Part shown: piece by piece, positions 1 to 15,283 of the stretch
How positions within the stretch are numbered: the stretch's first letter is position 1
Layout: every line of letters begins with the position of its first letter
From: Ophelia neglecta
Taxonomy: Eukaryota
NCBI GenBank assembly: GCA_965285935.1
Contig: OZ260663.1
Location: 19,902,001 to 19,966,000, forward strand
Length of the DNA: 64,000 nt
Direction: 5' to 3'
The notes under the pieces: generated by a model
What the model saw: only the letters and a program-made list of their open reading frames with translations
The model's database searches: none
What the model was told of the DNA's origin: nothing
Position numbers and translations under genes: made by a program

Positions 1-3000
1 ATAACATACCAAGATGATGATTTTAGAAAAGGGACATCAGGTTCTCAGTATGTTTTCTGACTGTGGTAAATTTTAAACAGACTGTTTAGTTCAAGCTTTC
101 ACTGCACTAACTGACGGTTCACAGAAGCCCGCGAAGTTGTTATCTATTTGCCTCGTCCGGTGTCACCGTAAAATGTAAATTGATATATGTTACATTCGGG
201 ATTTTAAATTAAATATTAAAATTCATGCCTAAAGTAGCAAATTTAATATCTATGAGTGTCGTAAATTGTTACGATTATAATCTTTCATATTTCGGTTTTC
301 CTTTAGCTGTGTCGACGGATGCCATACAAACATAACTTTGCCATAAGATTGAGCTTTGCGCACACATTTCCAAAACTCATTTGGTTCAGCTACAGACTGA
401 ACTAGACGGATCATGTATATCCAGGCCATGCGTCTAGGTCAATAGTCAAATCATCCCGTAACGGTTCTACCGATATCACTAGGGTAAGACCCAGGATATA
501 GCATGATACAAGACGGCGTACCCTACATGGCACGATTGCATGCTGGATCGAATGTCAGTCAATTAATTGTAAGCACACGTCTCACTGCCAATAGTAACGA
601 TGAGCTTCTCTATTTCTTCTCAGCGGGTTAGCGACTTCCGCCTTATTTTTTCGATTATATTAAAATGGCTGATCATTTATTTACAACGATCTTTATGGGT
701 AAATCAATCCATTATCTCTTCCCGTCTTGACTGCGGATGATGAGAAAAAAGAATAATTTTAAATGTGAATATGATCCGATAATTCACCGGCGATTACAAA
801 GCGATTATTGTTAGTAAAAGATAAGCGTTACTATACGGATGGGCAGTATCAACCACAATTTGTTAAATATGTAACTAGCAGAATTATGTGAATCAAGTGC
901 GTGAACGTTATATAACAACTGGGAAATTTAAATGGGGACCGCATTTAGGTTTTAAACAGAAACATTACTAAATCTATCTTGTTTGCAAAAGAGGCTTAAC
1001 CAGCATTCATTCCCCTAGACAGGGAGTGCTAAACAACATTCAATACACAGAGTAATGGTGGGGTCATTTCCGCGAGGATAGGCATATTACAAGAGCATTT
1101 GTATCAACAGACCATTTATTAAACCATTTCATACAAATATTTCCAAAAAATACGAAATTGCAGATTTCTTTTAGATAATGTAAACTTTTATTGAGCTCAG
1201 ACAAAGATAATATTTTGAACGCTGCCGAAAAACTGTACACGTTATGGTACAATAATAATGATCTATAGTGATGCAATGGTGCCATCTGCAGTAATTCCGC
1301 GGAACCAATGTATGTGTAAAGGCCTCTATTACTTTGATAAAACCTTTTGACAATTGGCATTCACGGGAAATAGCATTAATGGAAGGAAACAGGAGGTCCG
1401 ATAGGATGGAGTCAAGCCCCAGGGCATGGTAATGACATCACCGCATCGTGAACAACTAGCAGACCGTATTAGCCATGCGCAAAGGGAATTGCCAGAGTCG
1501 GCTAGTACTCGAGGCGGTTTATATCTTTAAGAATTCCTTCACAATGGAGTGGTTGAGACTTTAATGAAAAAAAAAACCCTTATTTCCCATCGTTTTTTAA
1601 CATTTTCCTTTGTCCTATGAAGTTGTATTTCAGAATCATCTAAATTTTGGGCCATGACTGAAGGACAATAGTGTGAAGGTAAATTTTCTGAATCGAACAG
1701 AGGAGCAGCGATGTACTTTCTAGGTGTATGCTATTTACATGGTTTGAGGGAGGAAGATTGGAAGAAAATGTACAGCTATCATATTATTTTATTGCTTCTT
1801 TAACACCTACTTAATAATCTTACTATACGCTTTTATGTTGGTAAAATAAACCAGTAAAGTAATACACACACAAAAAACTTTTAAATTTTACGTGTAGAAA
1901 TTGAATGGTGCTCGTTATCGCACTGCATGTTCAGTGTATAATGTTTCGCATGCGGAAATACTCGGTATGATTTGTGTGTTTAAGTAAAGTATATATCAAT
2001 ATCGTAACATGTGTTCCAATGTACGTCCTGTGACTACTTTATTTGATTCATTTATCTATCAACAGCTTAAATGTATTGAACATTGCAACATCAACTACAC
2101 CCTGTCAAAATGAAAAATAAGCCATATTATGTTGACGTGATCTCAAACACTTTCGTGCCAATAAAGAGCTGTTGAAAATGTGCCACAAGGCAGAGGGACT
2201 GAATCGTATGCATAGATACCGGAAGCTTCATTAAATTGTTGATAAAAATAGCAAATAAGGCGCTATCGGAACGCTTATTTGTCACACTACACTGAATGAA
2301 TTAGGGCACTCTTTACACATCACGAGAATCGGGATGACTTCATGCAAACTGACTCATATTTCAAATATTTAACAGTAAGCATCCATTCCATTGTTTTCCT
2401 TGATGACAAGGTTGTCTGTTTATTTTTACGCGTTAGCTATTTCCTTCATTATACACATTCCGCTATACTTTAGTGATTGCACAGGGTTCCACATTGGATA
2501 ACAGCTGTGAATACATCACCCCGCTCCATATCTTGACTGAGGATACTGAGAACAAACTAAAACCAGATATGTATTTGCATTATTCATTTGATACGATGCT
2601 TCATTTTACACGCTCATTTACCCATAGTCATGTCGTCGGGACATCTACGATGAAATTAACTGTAGCGAGCTGTTACAGTAAATAAAAGGCATTATTATAC
2701 GGACGTAGCGAATGACCTCGTAGATTGAGATCAAGGGCATGGCAATAGCATCACTGCATCGACTAGAACTAACATAGGTTATTATCTCTAAACACTGGAA
2801 ATTATCAGACATGTCTGATACTGGAAGCGGGAAATATCCCATGAATCATTCAATAAGCACGAAGCCAGACACCTAAATGAACTGTGGAACCTTTCAATTA
2901 GTTCCATAAGAAATTCCCCCTTTTTCCTTTTTTCCCCAATGCTTATCCCATAAATTGTCAGTAAGGCCTCAGACTTGTTTCGGAAGTCTCCTGGGTGGTC

Positions 3001-6000
3001 CCAGTGCAGGTCAGTGAACAGCCATGTCTTAATTACCGGCTCATTCAGCTCCAGGCACTGAGCCGGCTAGGATAACTCCTGGCTGGTTTGAGCTAGCATT
3101 TCAATCCAGTTAAGGAGAGTGTTAGTAGATCTGGCGTGTCGTATTGTGGCATGTAAAAGTATATGAAAGCAAAAAAAAAATGAACTGATATATCGACATT
3201 AAGAGCGCATTATCAAACTAAAAATCTTTTGAAAATTCAGATACTCCGCAAGCATACAAAATCTGATTGGTTTTCTGTTACGAAAGGATACCCGTCAGAT
3301 ACACCAGTGTAAGGCATACAAGAAAGGTCCATTAAATCGTTCTACCCTCTCTAAACACCATCAACCGCAGTCAGTAAAACATCACCGTCAATAATCATGA
3401 ATATGTTTGTAACTACGAACTAAAAATAGCACATAATATCAATAGCAATGAGATGTTGTCCCAGTCAAAGAGGACTGCATAGAATCGGAACAGATTATAT
3501 TCTCAGATTAAAACAATTAATTCCGGCAAATAATATATGTTTTGCTGAGAGTCTTAGATGATCAAATTTATACATATTGCAGACTTTGCAAAAGGTATGA
3601 TTTGAATGAGCATTTCTGCTACACCTGCTTGGTTGTATATTAAGTATATAACTATAACCACATTGATAGACAAATCGCATTTTATCACGTTCAGCATTGA
3701 TTCCTTGGTGTGCCAATATGCCACCGTCCATTATCATACGTATTTGGGTAATTGATTTCAATTATCTGGGTAATAGGCAATTTACGTGTATACTGAAGAC
3801 ATCTTTCTAAAGGTTTTTATTGTGTAAGAGTAGTACACGTGATATGGCGGTATACATACGGCCTTTATTGCCACGATAAATTGATAACAGCGTCTATTTT
3901 TTATGTTTTGAGAGTGGTATAAATGTATAACCCGTTAAGACCGGATCATTGTCTAAACATTGGCATTTCGATGTTTTAATGTGCAGAGCCAATGTCGTGT
4001 AATATTCATCATCAGTATTAATGTTATAAGCTATTATCAAATACGATGGAAAACATGATTGGCGTATTCATTTGATGCTATTTTTGGCAACCCGATAGGT
4101 CGTTTAATGTAGAAAAAAAATAAATGGCACCTACCGACAAATGACAATGACAGGCCAAACACGACATATCCATTTCATTCACCAGAGAAGAGAGCATATG
4201 GCTGCACTTATCTTGTGCAGTATTGTGCCACCCAGGTATTGACACATGGAACACTCATTCAAGTAAATCTTAGTCTAAGTCATGTTGATTTGCCAATATG
4301 GCTTGTGCCGGGTGTCTTTACGCCTGGTGACAGACGATATTTATGCTTCAGTTTGATGAATGCTATTTTGTCATATACATACATGCTTCTTAAATCAGAC
4401 AAGATAACACAAGGCGTTTTAATGACGTTGAGTCCTCAACCATTAATCAAGTACAGAAGACCAATCAGTGTTGAGGTCATTCGTTATAACCAAAGTTATG
4501 TTTCATGTAAGTCATAAACTTAAAACTTGACTACAATAATACCAAACACATTAAACTCAAAACAAAAACGAGCCGTTAGACACTCACATAATCCGGAGGA
4601 AGTTGAATGTTTAGTGACATGTTTATATATGCCACTCTTTTCCCGGTGGTGGGCCTACAAGGGTGGGCATGCGCATAACTACATCTTTATCCACTGGCGT
4701 TCTAAAGAGGCCATGAGAACAAAAAAGGGATTAACGAAGTCAATGTCATTGCTTATGAATTTATCGCTTATGAATTTACCGCGCTGAACAATTCTCCAAA
4801 TAATTTTAACCGTGCATTGCTCTAAGATCACTTCAGGATACTCCTGCATTTACAATCTTTAGAATGTTTCGTGCTGCACGTTCAACTTTTAAATACTTCC
4901 TTGGCGAAAATGTGACGTTTTTACTTATCAAGAAAATGTTGAACTGAAAAGGGACAAGCAGTTTCTGTATTTATTCTTTTGCTCTAGCTCATTTCACCTA
5001 TCAATATGCAGATATTTTTGCAGGCAACTTTCCGAACCTAAGGATGTTAGTAACAATAATAGATCAACGTTATTGTGCTCCAACTTTTTATTGATTTTAT
5101 ATATAAGAAAAAAAAAGCATTCGATATGTTATAGCTTATGAATCCCCCAAGTGTCAAAGGTCAACTCATGTACCCGCCTTTACTAATTTACATTACTGTC
5201 CCCCCTATATCCTCGTTTATACCATATACAGCTTCCTTTCTACATGTCCGCACATTTAAATTTTCATGCTTTCCATATTTCATGGATGAACTTAACAATT
5301 TATAATTGTATATTGACTAAGATGCACACATTAGGCTGACCTTAGTGTTCTCACAATAGACCGACCTTCCTCTAACGTGCTTATTAATTCATCTTTATAT
5401 CACCACCGGGTTTCCGGTTGTCATAACAACTTAAGACTAAACAATGCGATATGGCAGACAATGTCCCTTGCAATTTGAAGAATCTACATTTGACATTTAA
5501 TGTATAAGGTAGTCAATCGATTTTAAGCATGTAAATACTTGTTGAAAACATGAACTTGCTTGCTTCTGGGGTCGATACACAAAGCACACTTCTGGACGCA
5601 AAACAGCGTGTGTTTAAATTATACATTTCTAGCACAGAAGTCCAGTGAGTCCGTTACTCAGAGACGATACGCTTCACACCTTACAGAACACGCCTTAGAA
5701 GTGGCAGGCAGGACATCCGCCATATCATTGGCTGGTGGTATATGTCCCATTTACTATGATTCATGGCGGAACACGGCATAAATTTATGCCGTTCGTCCCC
5801 TGGCAACTCAATAACATGCCGACGGAGAGGAAACGGGTTTACGGCACAATGAAAAACGATCTTGGACACGTCAATAAACAAACAAAAAAACAGTCTACAT
5901 TAAATATGTAGCACATGAAATGGGCCTTTGTTTTTCTGATAGTAGAGCTGGCGGAACCAGCGGGAATTCTTAATACTTCGGTGAAAGGCGATTGGATGGA

Positions 6001-8155
6001 AACAATCATTGTACATAAGTAACGATTTAGGTGGTTGCTCGCCCAAATCAATAACAAGATAGTCAATAACACGGTACATTAATCAGCAAGACAATTGCTG
6101 GCTTTTATTATTTAGCCAACGGAATTCAGTCAATCGTATACGGCTTTCAGGGAAGGGTCAAAGCAATTTATACATATTGAATATTGACAGATACTGAAGC
6201 AGCAATGGTATAATGATAAGGAAACAACCAGTCATTAATACACGTTGTTATTCCACCAGTTTAGACAGCTTCGGTTGCATCGAATCTCAGAGGGGTTGTC
6301 AGTTTATTTTCGGATTTAAATCTCGATTATCTTCATGGGGTATGGTGACTAGTAAAACGGGTGACGGAAACTAAGACTATATAGACTAGTTAAGCAGTCC
6401 CAAGCTTCCTTTTGTATAATAATGAGTCGAAATCACATGGAATACACAGTATGAAAAAAACTAAAAGAGCCAATAGGCCCGCTACATATAACCATTTTTA
6501 ACTAATGCGAGCAAATCTTGGTATATGACATTAATGGAATTCAGAATGTTGCGTATGAAGCCTTTATTCATACTGCTTCTCATCATTTTGCTATTCATCT
6601 CAGAAGACTCCAACATTCAAATATAAAAGGATGCCCTGTTCGGCCACTTTAACGGCCTAGAAAATGATTTTACGATCCTTCCATCATCAGCATTAGTAAA
6701 TATAAATGAGAAGTGCAGGGAAAACAATCAGTAAATGTAGTTATATCACTATATAACAACGCATGACCTGACATTTAATGTATAAACACTCAATTTAGAT
6801 CTCCAGCTCTGTGCACTAATCGATTAGAAGGGTTCAGTTCATATATAATCAAATTATATTAATCTGTAGGCAGAAGTGTGATGGCTGACAAAGGCAAGTG
6901 AAAAGGGCGACTAATTGTATGTTTTAAAATAAATTATTCATAACGTTGCATGCTTCATTTGATATGCATATATATTGTACTCCTGCTCCAACCAACATAA
7001 TTTCACACTGCCTAAGAGAAAATAACTTTTATTAGCAGTAGAATAGCTAGAGGGCACATGCTGATAATACGTGAAGTTATCATGATGGATCTTTTGGCGA
7101 AAGCGTTGCCTGAACCCCGGTTTGGTTTCAATCCAAACGGAAGTACCTGTCTAGAACAGAGGCTTTCCGTCCATTAGTCATAGCAAGGACATTAATCAAT
7201 CTTATAATCGATTCCTTTCATAAAACAGGTGCTTGTTTGTCACTAAATGGAGAACACGTATCCAGTTTGTTGCACTTAATAGCGACTAGACAAGAAGCAG
7301 TACGCATACATTATCTATACACGCCAACTAGAAGGCAACCAGACGGTCAAGATGCTATGGCGGATGGTGAATTAATATTCATATCTTATTATCTACCTTA
7401 TTTTTTTTTTTAGTCAAATTCTCCCAAATTATGAATTAGAACTGACGAGTATACGTTATACGCAAGGCGAATTTCGAAGCATATTCTGTTGGTAACCTAT
7501 TTACGAGTAGTCCCCCGCTCATATTATTCTATGACATAATTCTCATAAGAATAGATAACTGGCTGGAAGTGATATCCTTTCTAGTAAATGGCGGCCCTCG
7601 TCACCCAAAAACATATCATAGATTAAAATGGCGAAGCTAATATTCCCTGCGGCACTGGAACCATCTCGTAAAGGGTAGCGCGTGATGACTGTTAAGGCCA
7701 ATGTGTATGATGAAGGTCAGGTGTATGTTATTTTTATAGGGAGTAGCAGTGGTTTAATATCACGCCTTCGGCATTAAAAATATGACTAGCCTGCCTACTT
7801 TGAAGTTGAGAAATCCATTTCATTTCCCCAACAGCGAGTTATTTTATTTATCTGAACATGAATGTTGTTGATAATTCATGCGGCTTGCCCGTATAGGTTA
7901 GGCGCATATAAACCTTTTAGAAAACGGGAGATAATACCCGATAGCCATAACACATTCAGTAAACAAAAATGGCCCATTGAAATTATTAAACACCACAAAT
8001 GAATAATGTGTGCTCCATAGAAAACTAGGCCCACGGACCCAATATCTGAATATGATGGACGTCAAAGTAAGTAATAGTGACCCATGGTATATCCATCATT
8101 GGAATATTATATGCTGGGATCTTGTTTAACAGAGACGAGATGCCAGGATTCTTAC

Positions 8156-8590
8156 CTGTGCAAAACAAGTTCTCGCGTTGCGCAGCTCCAACTCCATCAG
8201 AAAATCGCCAGTGTCCTGCACGAATCCACGATTACACAGATCTGATATCCCGATGAAAGTTTTGCGTCCGCGAGTGGGGTTTTGGGAGTCGAATAACACG
8301 CCACGCTCCACCACGCTTTCGTTTCTGGTGAAATGATCACTGCTGAGCACGGTAAATGAGTAATCCAGGTAGACTGTGAGGCCACTGCTTGGGGCTTTGA
8401 GACTAAGATAGGCTCCTACGTGTTTATCCGACCGTATTAGCTGAATGGACCAAACCTGACCACCGTAGGGGAATTCCCGGGAGGACACGTCAGGCGAGAA
8501 TTCCTTGATCAGACTGGGAAGCAGTTGAAAAGTGAACACTTGTGTATCAAATCTGTCACTCAACTTTGAAAGACGAAATAATTTAGCCAT
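8156..8590 (-). CDS. First coding exon (145 codons) of a MATH/TRAF-like domain protein, copy 1
   Basis: ORF MAKLFRLSKL...FPYGGQVWSIQL...VGAYLSL...DYSFTVL...RGRKTFI..SDL...GF...DFLMELEL follows the MATH-like pattern. It ends at a canonical donor CAG|GTAAGAAT (exon end 8156, phase 0). The paralogue at 29219-29653 has the same length and donor. Confidence 0.85.
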
Positions 8591-9166
8591 ATTCGGAAAT
8601 AAACACTATTATTATTTTAATAAAAAAAACAAGTACTGACTGTAACCAATTTGGGTCAAAACCTTTCAGTTTGAAAGTCCGAGCAGAACAGTCCTTGATG
8701 CCGTGCAGATTTACCAACTATAACTCTAGTTATTGCGTTTACCAGTCGGTGATATGATGGGTAGTATAGTATCCAAACATTAAGTCACTGACAATCCTTC
8801 ACCCTTCAGTGTATATGGTGATGAGATATAATCTAAATGTACTCTCCTCCACTTTGCTAGTGAGAAGCAATCGATTTGAACTATGAACCAATGAGAGTGC
8901 TTGTTGGAAAAATGGAGTTAATTCCTTCAGGGATAATGATATATCGGTAGAATTTCGCAATCTGTTCACAGGCAGTAAGAAACGCTCCGAAAGTTTATAT
9001 TATCTGTACAACTGATTTGTAGATGACGGTACTCCTAAGACAGTGGACACTTTCTGCAGGTAGTCGGTTGAACCGCCGTTCCCCAGTTGCTTGTCGGAGC
9101 GCTTGCAACGCCCGGCCAATTCTCCAAAGGCGTCCCGCTACAAGGTTAAAACCAGTTTACTCCGCG

Positions 9167-9214
9167 GCGCTAGATCAATTTTTGGATGAAATGACAGCGC
9201 CTCGTCACCTGGCG
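9167..9214. promoter_or_regulatory. Conserved non-coding element upstream of exon copy 1
   Basis: 41/48 ungapped identity to 30264-30311. It lies 577 bp upstream of the ATG in a locally GC-rich patch and contains TGACAGCGCC and CACCTG. Confidence 0.65.
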
Positions 9215-12200
9215 ACCATATAGATCCTCAATAGACAGATGCCGGATGTAAGGCTAGGGCGCGTGTCGTGATAAACACAAGATATATTGTGGACTTCCGA
9301 ATATGGCATGCTTGTTGTTACTTCAACGAAGGTTGGCATCTGCTCTCTTAAGATAATTCCTTAATTTTACCAATTGTTGCCACCATGCCAAGCGGAGACC
9401 TTTATCTAAGGACTCGCTTAGAATGACCCATTCATCGAATAGCCCTAAAACCATTTTCGAATATTTGGACTTCGATAAAAAACTATATTCAGGTATTCAT
9501 GGAAATTGTGTTAGTATTCAAACATTAAAAAAATATCTAATGAATATGCGAGAATCCGTAAAAGTAGGCCAAATAAGTAAACAAACACACAATCAATTCC
9601 GTCCCAATTTTTCAGGAACCATCAGCGCAAGGCCACACACGTCTAGCCACAGTTTTATACCTTGATATAAGTTTGTGCCGTAATTAAGTGAATATATAAT
9701 GTATTGGTTCTAGTAGCAATGAGTCGATAGATGCCGCCCAAATCATATCTGACTACAGGACTGCAAAATGCATCTTAAGGCATGCGTTTCGCAACATCGA
9801 AACATCAAAAAAGCACATGCATAGACAACGCCTCATGTAAATGGAATTCATGCAAGCAACTCTATCTGAAATTGATAAATGCATAGAATGGCCGCATAGA
9901 AATGATAAATAACTTTCACAAGCATTGTCAAAGGAGACCAGAGGAGATCAGTTATTGCCCGGCTTGCAATGGCTCGGACGGATTAGGTTCTGCTGTTCTT
10001 ATATAGTAATAAAAGAGATAATTCCATTTTATGAAAGAAACACTCAAATCACCGCAGGGACGCTCGAGGCAGACCAATTTACCCATCCTATGAAAGCAAA
10101 TGGTTCATTTGGGACAGTGACTGTCTAGCGTATGATTTTTTAGACACACAAATCGAAAGGCAGACGTCAGCAAACGAATAGGTTGTACTTGAGTTTCATC
10201 GGGGTCTACTAAAAGGCAATCATGCAACAGCTAATCAGAATGGCTGTGCTGGTCCGGATGAATGGATCGATATTCATCATAAAACATCATGTTAACGACA
10301 CACTAACTCAATCCAATAAGGGAAATGACAAAGCCGTTCAATAATTGCATCGACGTATACACAGATATATCCAACGATGAATGGCAAGTATGACACCTTC
10401 AGAGGTTTTATGTTGCATCTTACTTAAGTCGGCACATAGAATATTTACAATATTTATAGTGTGCAATAGATCGGATGTAATACGTGATGAAAGTTGAAAT
10501 TTGCGAAATGTTCAATGTTGCTTTTGATAAATAGATTATTGATTTCTGTCGGAAATTTCTTTAAATGAACATTTACGTAATGGAACACGCGAAATAACCG
10601 CCCATAAGGAGCGACTTGTATTATTTATTATGATCGTATCATTCTTGTAATTTTCTGCAGAGGCAATCCTGGGCTTAAGCTAACAAGCAGTGGAGTTCTG
10701 GCCAAATGAGTCGAACAATGACTATTGAGGTTTGTAACGGTCGTTAGTACGAGCAACTAGTTTGATTGGCCAGAGCCGTGTCACGGGATCAAGTGATTAG
10801 ACTAAGCTTATGTCTAAAGGTCCGCTGAGAATTGCTCTGGTAATATGTTTCTGTCTATTTACCCAACTTTCATGTTTATCAATAAAATAGTGGAAAAAGT
10901 ACATTCCATAACTCATTGGCTTGTCCGAGCTCACGGGATATTACATGACTGCCTCCAATATCAATTGAGAGACGTTGACTCATGTCATTGCACCTTATAT
11001 ACGTATCAATCACATTTTGGTTTGTTTGATGAACGTGCGAGTGTGCAGAATTAAATAACAAAGTGTATGATTCATTGGTTTTAGTGTGGATGGGTACATA
11101 AAACCGACTAAATCGGATGCTGGAAAATAGATAGCTCAAACCTATAAATATACCATGTAGAATAAAGTTAAATGGTCCGCCGTTTGTTCAAAAGGAGAAC
11201 CATTTGCAAAACCATGTCTCTTATACTAATGTTGAGGTTCAATAAAATTGTCATGACATTGTAGGACGACATCGCTTACTAGTGCAAAGTATTGTCGAGG
11301 AACTTCCTTAAGTGCTTCCGCCAGTTTGAAAGCCCGGAAGGGTGATAACAGAGACATGACAATGCATACCTGTACAAAAATAGCAGCTTCGCGTGATGCA
11401 ATATCATTATTAAAGATGGCTAGAATATCAGAAGTGAACGGGCATTCCACATCATCGTTAGAATACCTGCAAGTCTTTCTTACCTAACCAGAATAGGAGG
11501 GTATTTGATATAACGAGATCGTTGCATATAGCATATATAACCAACTTGTTGCTATCTTACTAGCAAATTCCTAATGATCAGGAGTAAGACTGGTGTATAT
11601 TTATTAGGCAAATCTGTACAAAGCCTGATGTTGACCAAGTTGTCCCTTTTTGCATTACGATATGCTATGGATGATTGTTAATAATTGTCATTTTCAGGAG
11701 CAATACGTTTTGCTCTAACGTTTGCTGCATAAGATACGTTTGATTGATATTGATTTGTTAAGCTTGTAGGTATAACAATTATAACCTGATACATAATACA
11801 AATTGATTTAAATACTTGATGAAAACGCGAGTGCCATGTTATGTGATCTCTATTTACCATGAGTACATTACACAATGAATAATAAATTGTTTGTACATGT
11901 CATTGGCATGCTTAGGGATTCCGCCCATTACCAAGAATTACTGGGATCCATTCTTCAATGAGATCTACATAATGATAACCATTCAGTGTAATAATATAAC
12001 ACAGAATGTGTTAGATGTAAAACAACGTGACAGCATTCACACAATTCTAAGTCTCGCTGCTGGAATCTAGCTAATTAACTGCTTAAGGTATATATCTGAG
12101 AATTAACTATTCATTGTAGAAGCACCAGGGAGAACAGTGATTCTACACACTGATGATATTCACAGGTTAATTTAACAAAATAAATAATGAATAAATAATC

Positions 12201-15094
12201 TGTCTAGCGACGGGATGGCCTTATAATTCTATGGACGTGGCTAAGACTAAAATCACTATTACGATACAAATTTGTATTTAGATAGAAGTCTATATGAATT
12301 CAAACCTATTTAAAGGATAATCCAAAGCATTCACTTTTCCTTTAGCAAAGGAAATTGATATTATAAGCTACATTAAATTACCGTGAAAGATTATATGGAC
12401 ATTATAAAAACCACATAGTTTCCTCCGCATAAAAGGTTACTCCCAGAGGATAGGATCATATCTACTTAAATGAGAGGGACAATGAGTCCTTTAGATATTT
12501 GTATTAACAGTATGAAATACATATGTGCATGTGAAACATATTGGTCAGTGGAGTCAGTTTGGTGGTGTTCACATCAATTCCTTTTTTTTCAACTATTCGC
12601 CTTCTACTTTAAACTCATTTCATATTAGTATTTAACAACGCCTGAGATCTCGGGTTATGTCTCTTAACCTACTTATTTATTTGATAAAATTAGGTTTATT
12701 TCCTTGACATTGGAGTATACTATTTCCTTTGATATTTACCATCTACCCGACGATATCAGCCAAATCAATATCACTAACGTACAAACTGGTGTTATTGTGT
12801 CATTCATGGAACAGCTTCTATCGTTATTATCAAAAACGCAGAAAAAGAAATTCCTCGCTACTTCACTTTGAGGGATATAGTTTGTTTTAAGCTCAGCCAA
12901 AACCTGCCTGTGCTTATGTGCTAGGTTCTTATTTTTTTTAAAGGCAACTTAAATGTGTCATTTAATCGCATATAAACTGAGGTTTATGGTCATTTGGTTT
13001 CAGGTGCTACCGAGCCATACAGGGAATACATATAATGCTTTAATACTTGACAGGCATAACTTCCCCATAAAGTTGTTATCTCATTGCTAGATCAGGATAT
13101 TGCCACATGTTAACGTTCGGACATTTGGGAATGTTGCTAAATAGACATTTGCCAGACGGACATTGGAATTCCATCCCCGACTCTTAATTGCTACAGTCAG
13201 GGAGCAATACCCATCTAGTGAGGGAAGGAATTATGGATCGTTTGACAGATTAGTTCCCGATACCCGGCATTTAAGCACCCCGGGCGGAAGTGACTATCAT
13301 CTACACCGGCTCCCCGCTCATTAATGAGAGTGAAGAGATCAATCAATCATGCAACTTACTGACAGCAACAAGCTCTTAGGCAACAGGCACCATCGCGTTT
13401 CACCCAAAAATCAGCAGACGTTCGGGGACTTAAAGTATGAAGGATCTATAAGTTATCGTGTTTCAAATCTTAAAAAGTAGTCAGCTGGCAGCTGCTTGTA
13501 AGTAGCTTATCTATATAACTTTCATTGAAGTAAATGTATTAGCTTATCAGTAAAACTTTCATTGAAGTAAATGTATTACAGATTAATAAATATAGAAAGG
13601 TTCCATTAAGAAACAAGTTTTCTTTAAAGTATCACCAGTTTGTGAGACGCGTACAAGTATTTTAGGTTTCCTTGTGGGAATCACATATGAATGAAATTGC
13701 TGAAAATTACAACACTATAATGGGTAACTTCATTGCGGAAATATTGAATGAACTGAACCAGATATGAAATATACCCTAGGAGAGACTGATGAATTAACAT
13801 ACCCAACACCTTACGATAAATTGCACATTAAATCTCAAGTATATTAAACTAGGTGTCCAGGATGTTCACTGTGTGCTCAGACAAATTCGTATTTTATTTA
13901 GTTTAATTATTCTCACAATATATTTAGAGTTAATCACTCTCCCACAGGTAGTAATGTAAACATTATTTAGCTGCACAGTCACTTATATCATTGTTGTCAC
14001 TGTAGAAATCTGAATCGCGCACGAACTCCCTGGAGTATGAAATGCTCATATTATCGACCGATACCCGTTCGGGAAATATATTATTGATGGTCAAATGCTG
14101 CTTAGCTTGTTTCATTATCCATTGTGTTGTATGGTGGTTGGCGCTCAATAAGTGGATTGTGAGATGGCATGGTATCGTACCATAGCTTAGATCATAACGA
14201 ATTACTTTACCTTCGAGGAGGCCAACGAATAGCTTAATGCCCTAGAGTTGAGAGTTGATTTTGGGCTCATTTCAGGGAGCGATGTCAATATTTTAGGTGT
14301 TATAATTACCATACAAACGAATCCACACTACTTTTTGGTCTCTTCAGGACTTTGAGCGCCAGTATGATGGAAGTCTCCACTACTGAGCTTGGTGCGATTG
14401 CCAAACACGAACATAGAAACTATCCGCAACACGCATTTGATTTTATGCAATAAGTATGTTTTACAATAGTCTAACCTAATATCAACAATGTAAAATGGAC
14501 ATTGAGTAGGTCAAGCTTGATAAGTACTGGTCTACAATAAATCAAACACAGATTTTAATTCAGCCCAAGTGGTTCAATGTCATTAATACATCTACCGTGA
14601 GAAGAGACATATAGTACTAGTTAAAATCCACCATATGCGTCTCTTTACTCAAGCGTTATGCGGAAACCACCATATATGTTCAGTTCGTTAAAGGTTTTGG
14701 GTTTATAATTTGGTTTGGGATTCAGACAAGATCCCTTGACATACCACAACATTATATGGATCAAAGCGTGCATTGATTACCGCGACTATTTGGTAACACA
14801 GGTACTTTAATCATAGAAACTTTAATGAGCAAGAAGATGTGGCGAACCTTTATTATAACATATATCTTAAAGTCGCTGAGCAATGATAGAGTGTGAACTA
14901 GGACGACACAGGGAAATACAGGACACTTCATATCGCGATAATTTGAATATGACCATATTAAAAGGATTATGTTCTTAAATTTCGAAGCACTAATATTCCT
15001 ATCGGGCAAATGTCGACTACATTTCGAAGCCATTGTCAGAGTCTTCGCGAGAAAGACTTGGTAGCATTGAAACGTATAAAGTAGAGTAAACATA

Positions 15095-15283
15095 TAGTGA
15101 AACCTGTGTTAATGACCACCTCTATATTCACACCACCTGTCAAATCAGACTACTGAAATGAAGGACCGAATGCGGCCTTTTAAAGCCTTAAAATAACTTG
15201 TCTTAACAGACCGCCTTCATAATCAAAATACCAATATTTCTTGAGTAACTTTGGTGGTCTTAATGTAGTAGGTATCGACGATA
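15095..15283. mobile_element. Degenerate Tc1/mariner-pogo-type MITE (same family as 29015-29189, opposite orientation)
   Basis: Starts TAGTGAAACCTGTGTTAATGACCACCTCTA..CCACCTGTCAAATCAGACTACT, resembling the reverse complement of the 29189 end. The right TIR is decayed and the end coordinate is approximate. Confidence 0.5.

Noticed and set aside
3430-3500. LFDW-containing minus-strand frame as candidate exon 2 of the MATH-like gene
   Set aside because: Short, closed by stops and without convincing splice sites.
13503-13578. 37-bp tandem duplication (similar small duplications at 17207-17250 and 25034-25090)
   Set aside because: Ordinary slippage-type local duplications with no sign of function.
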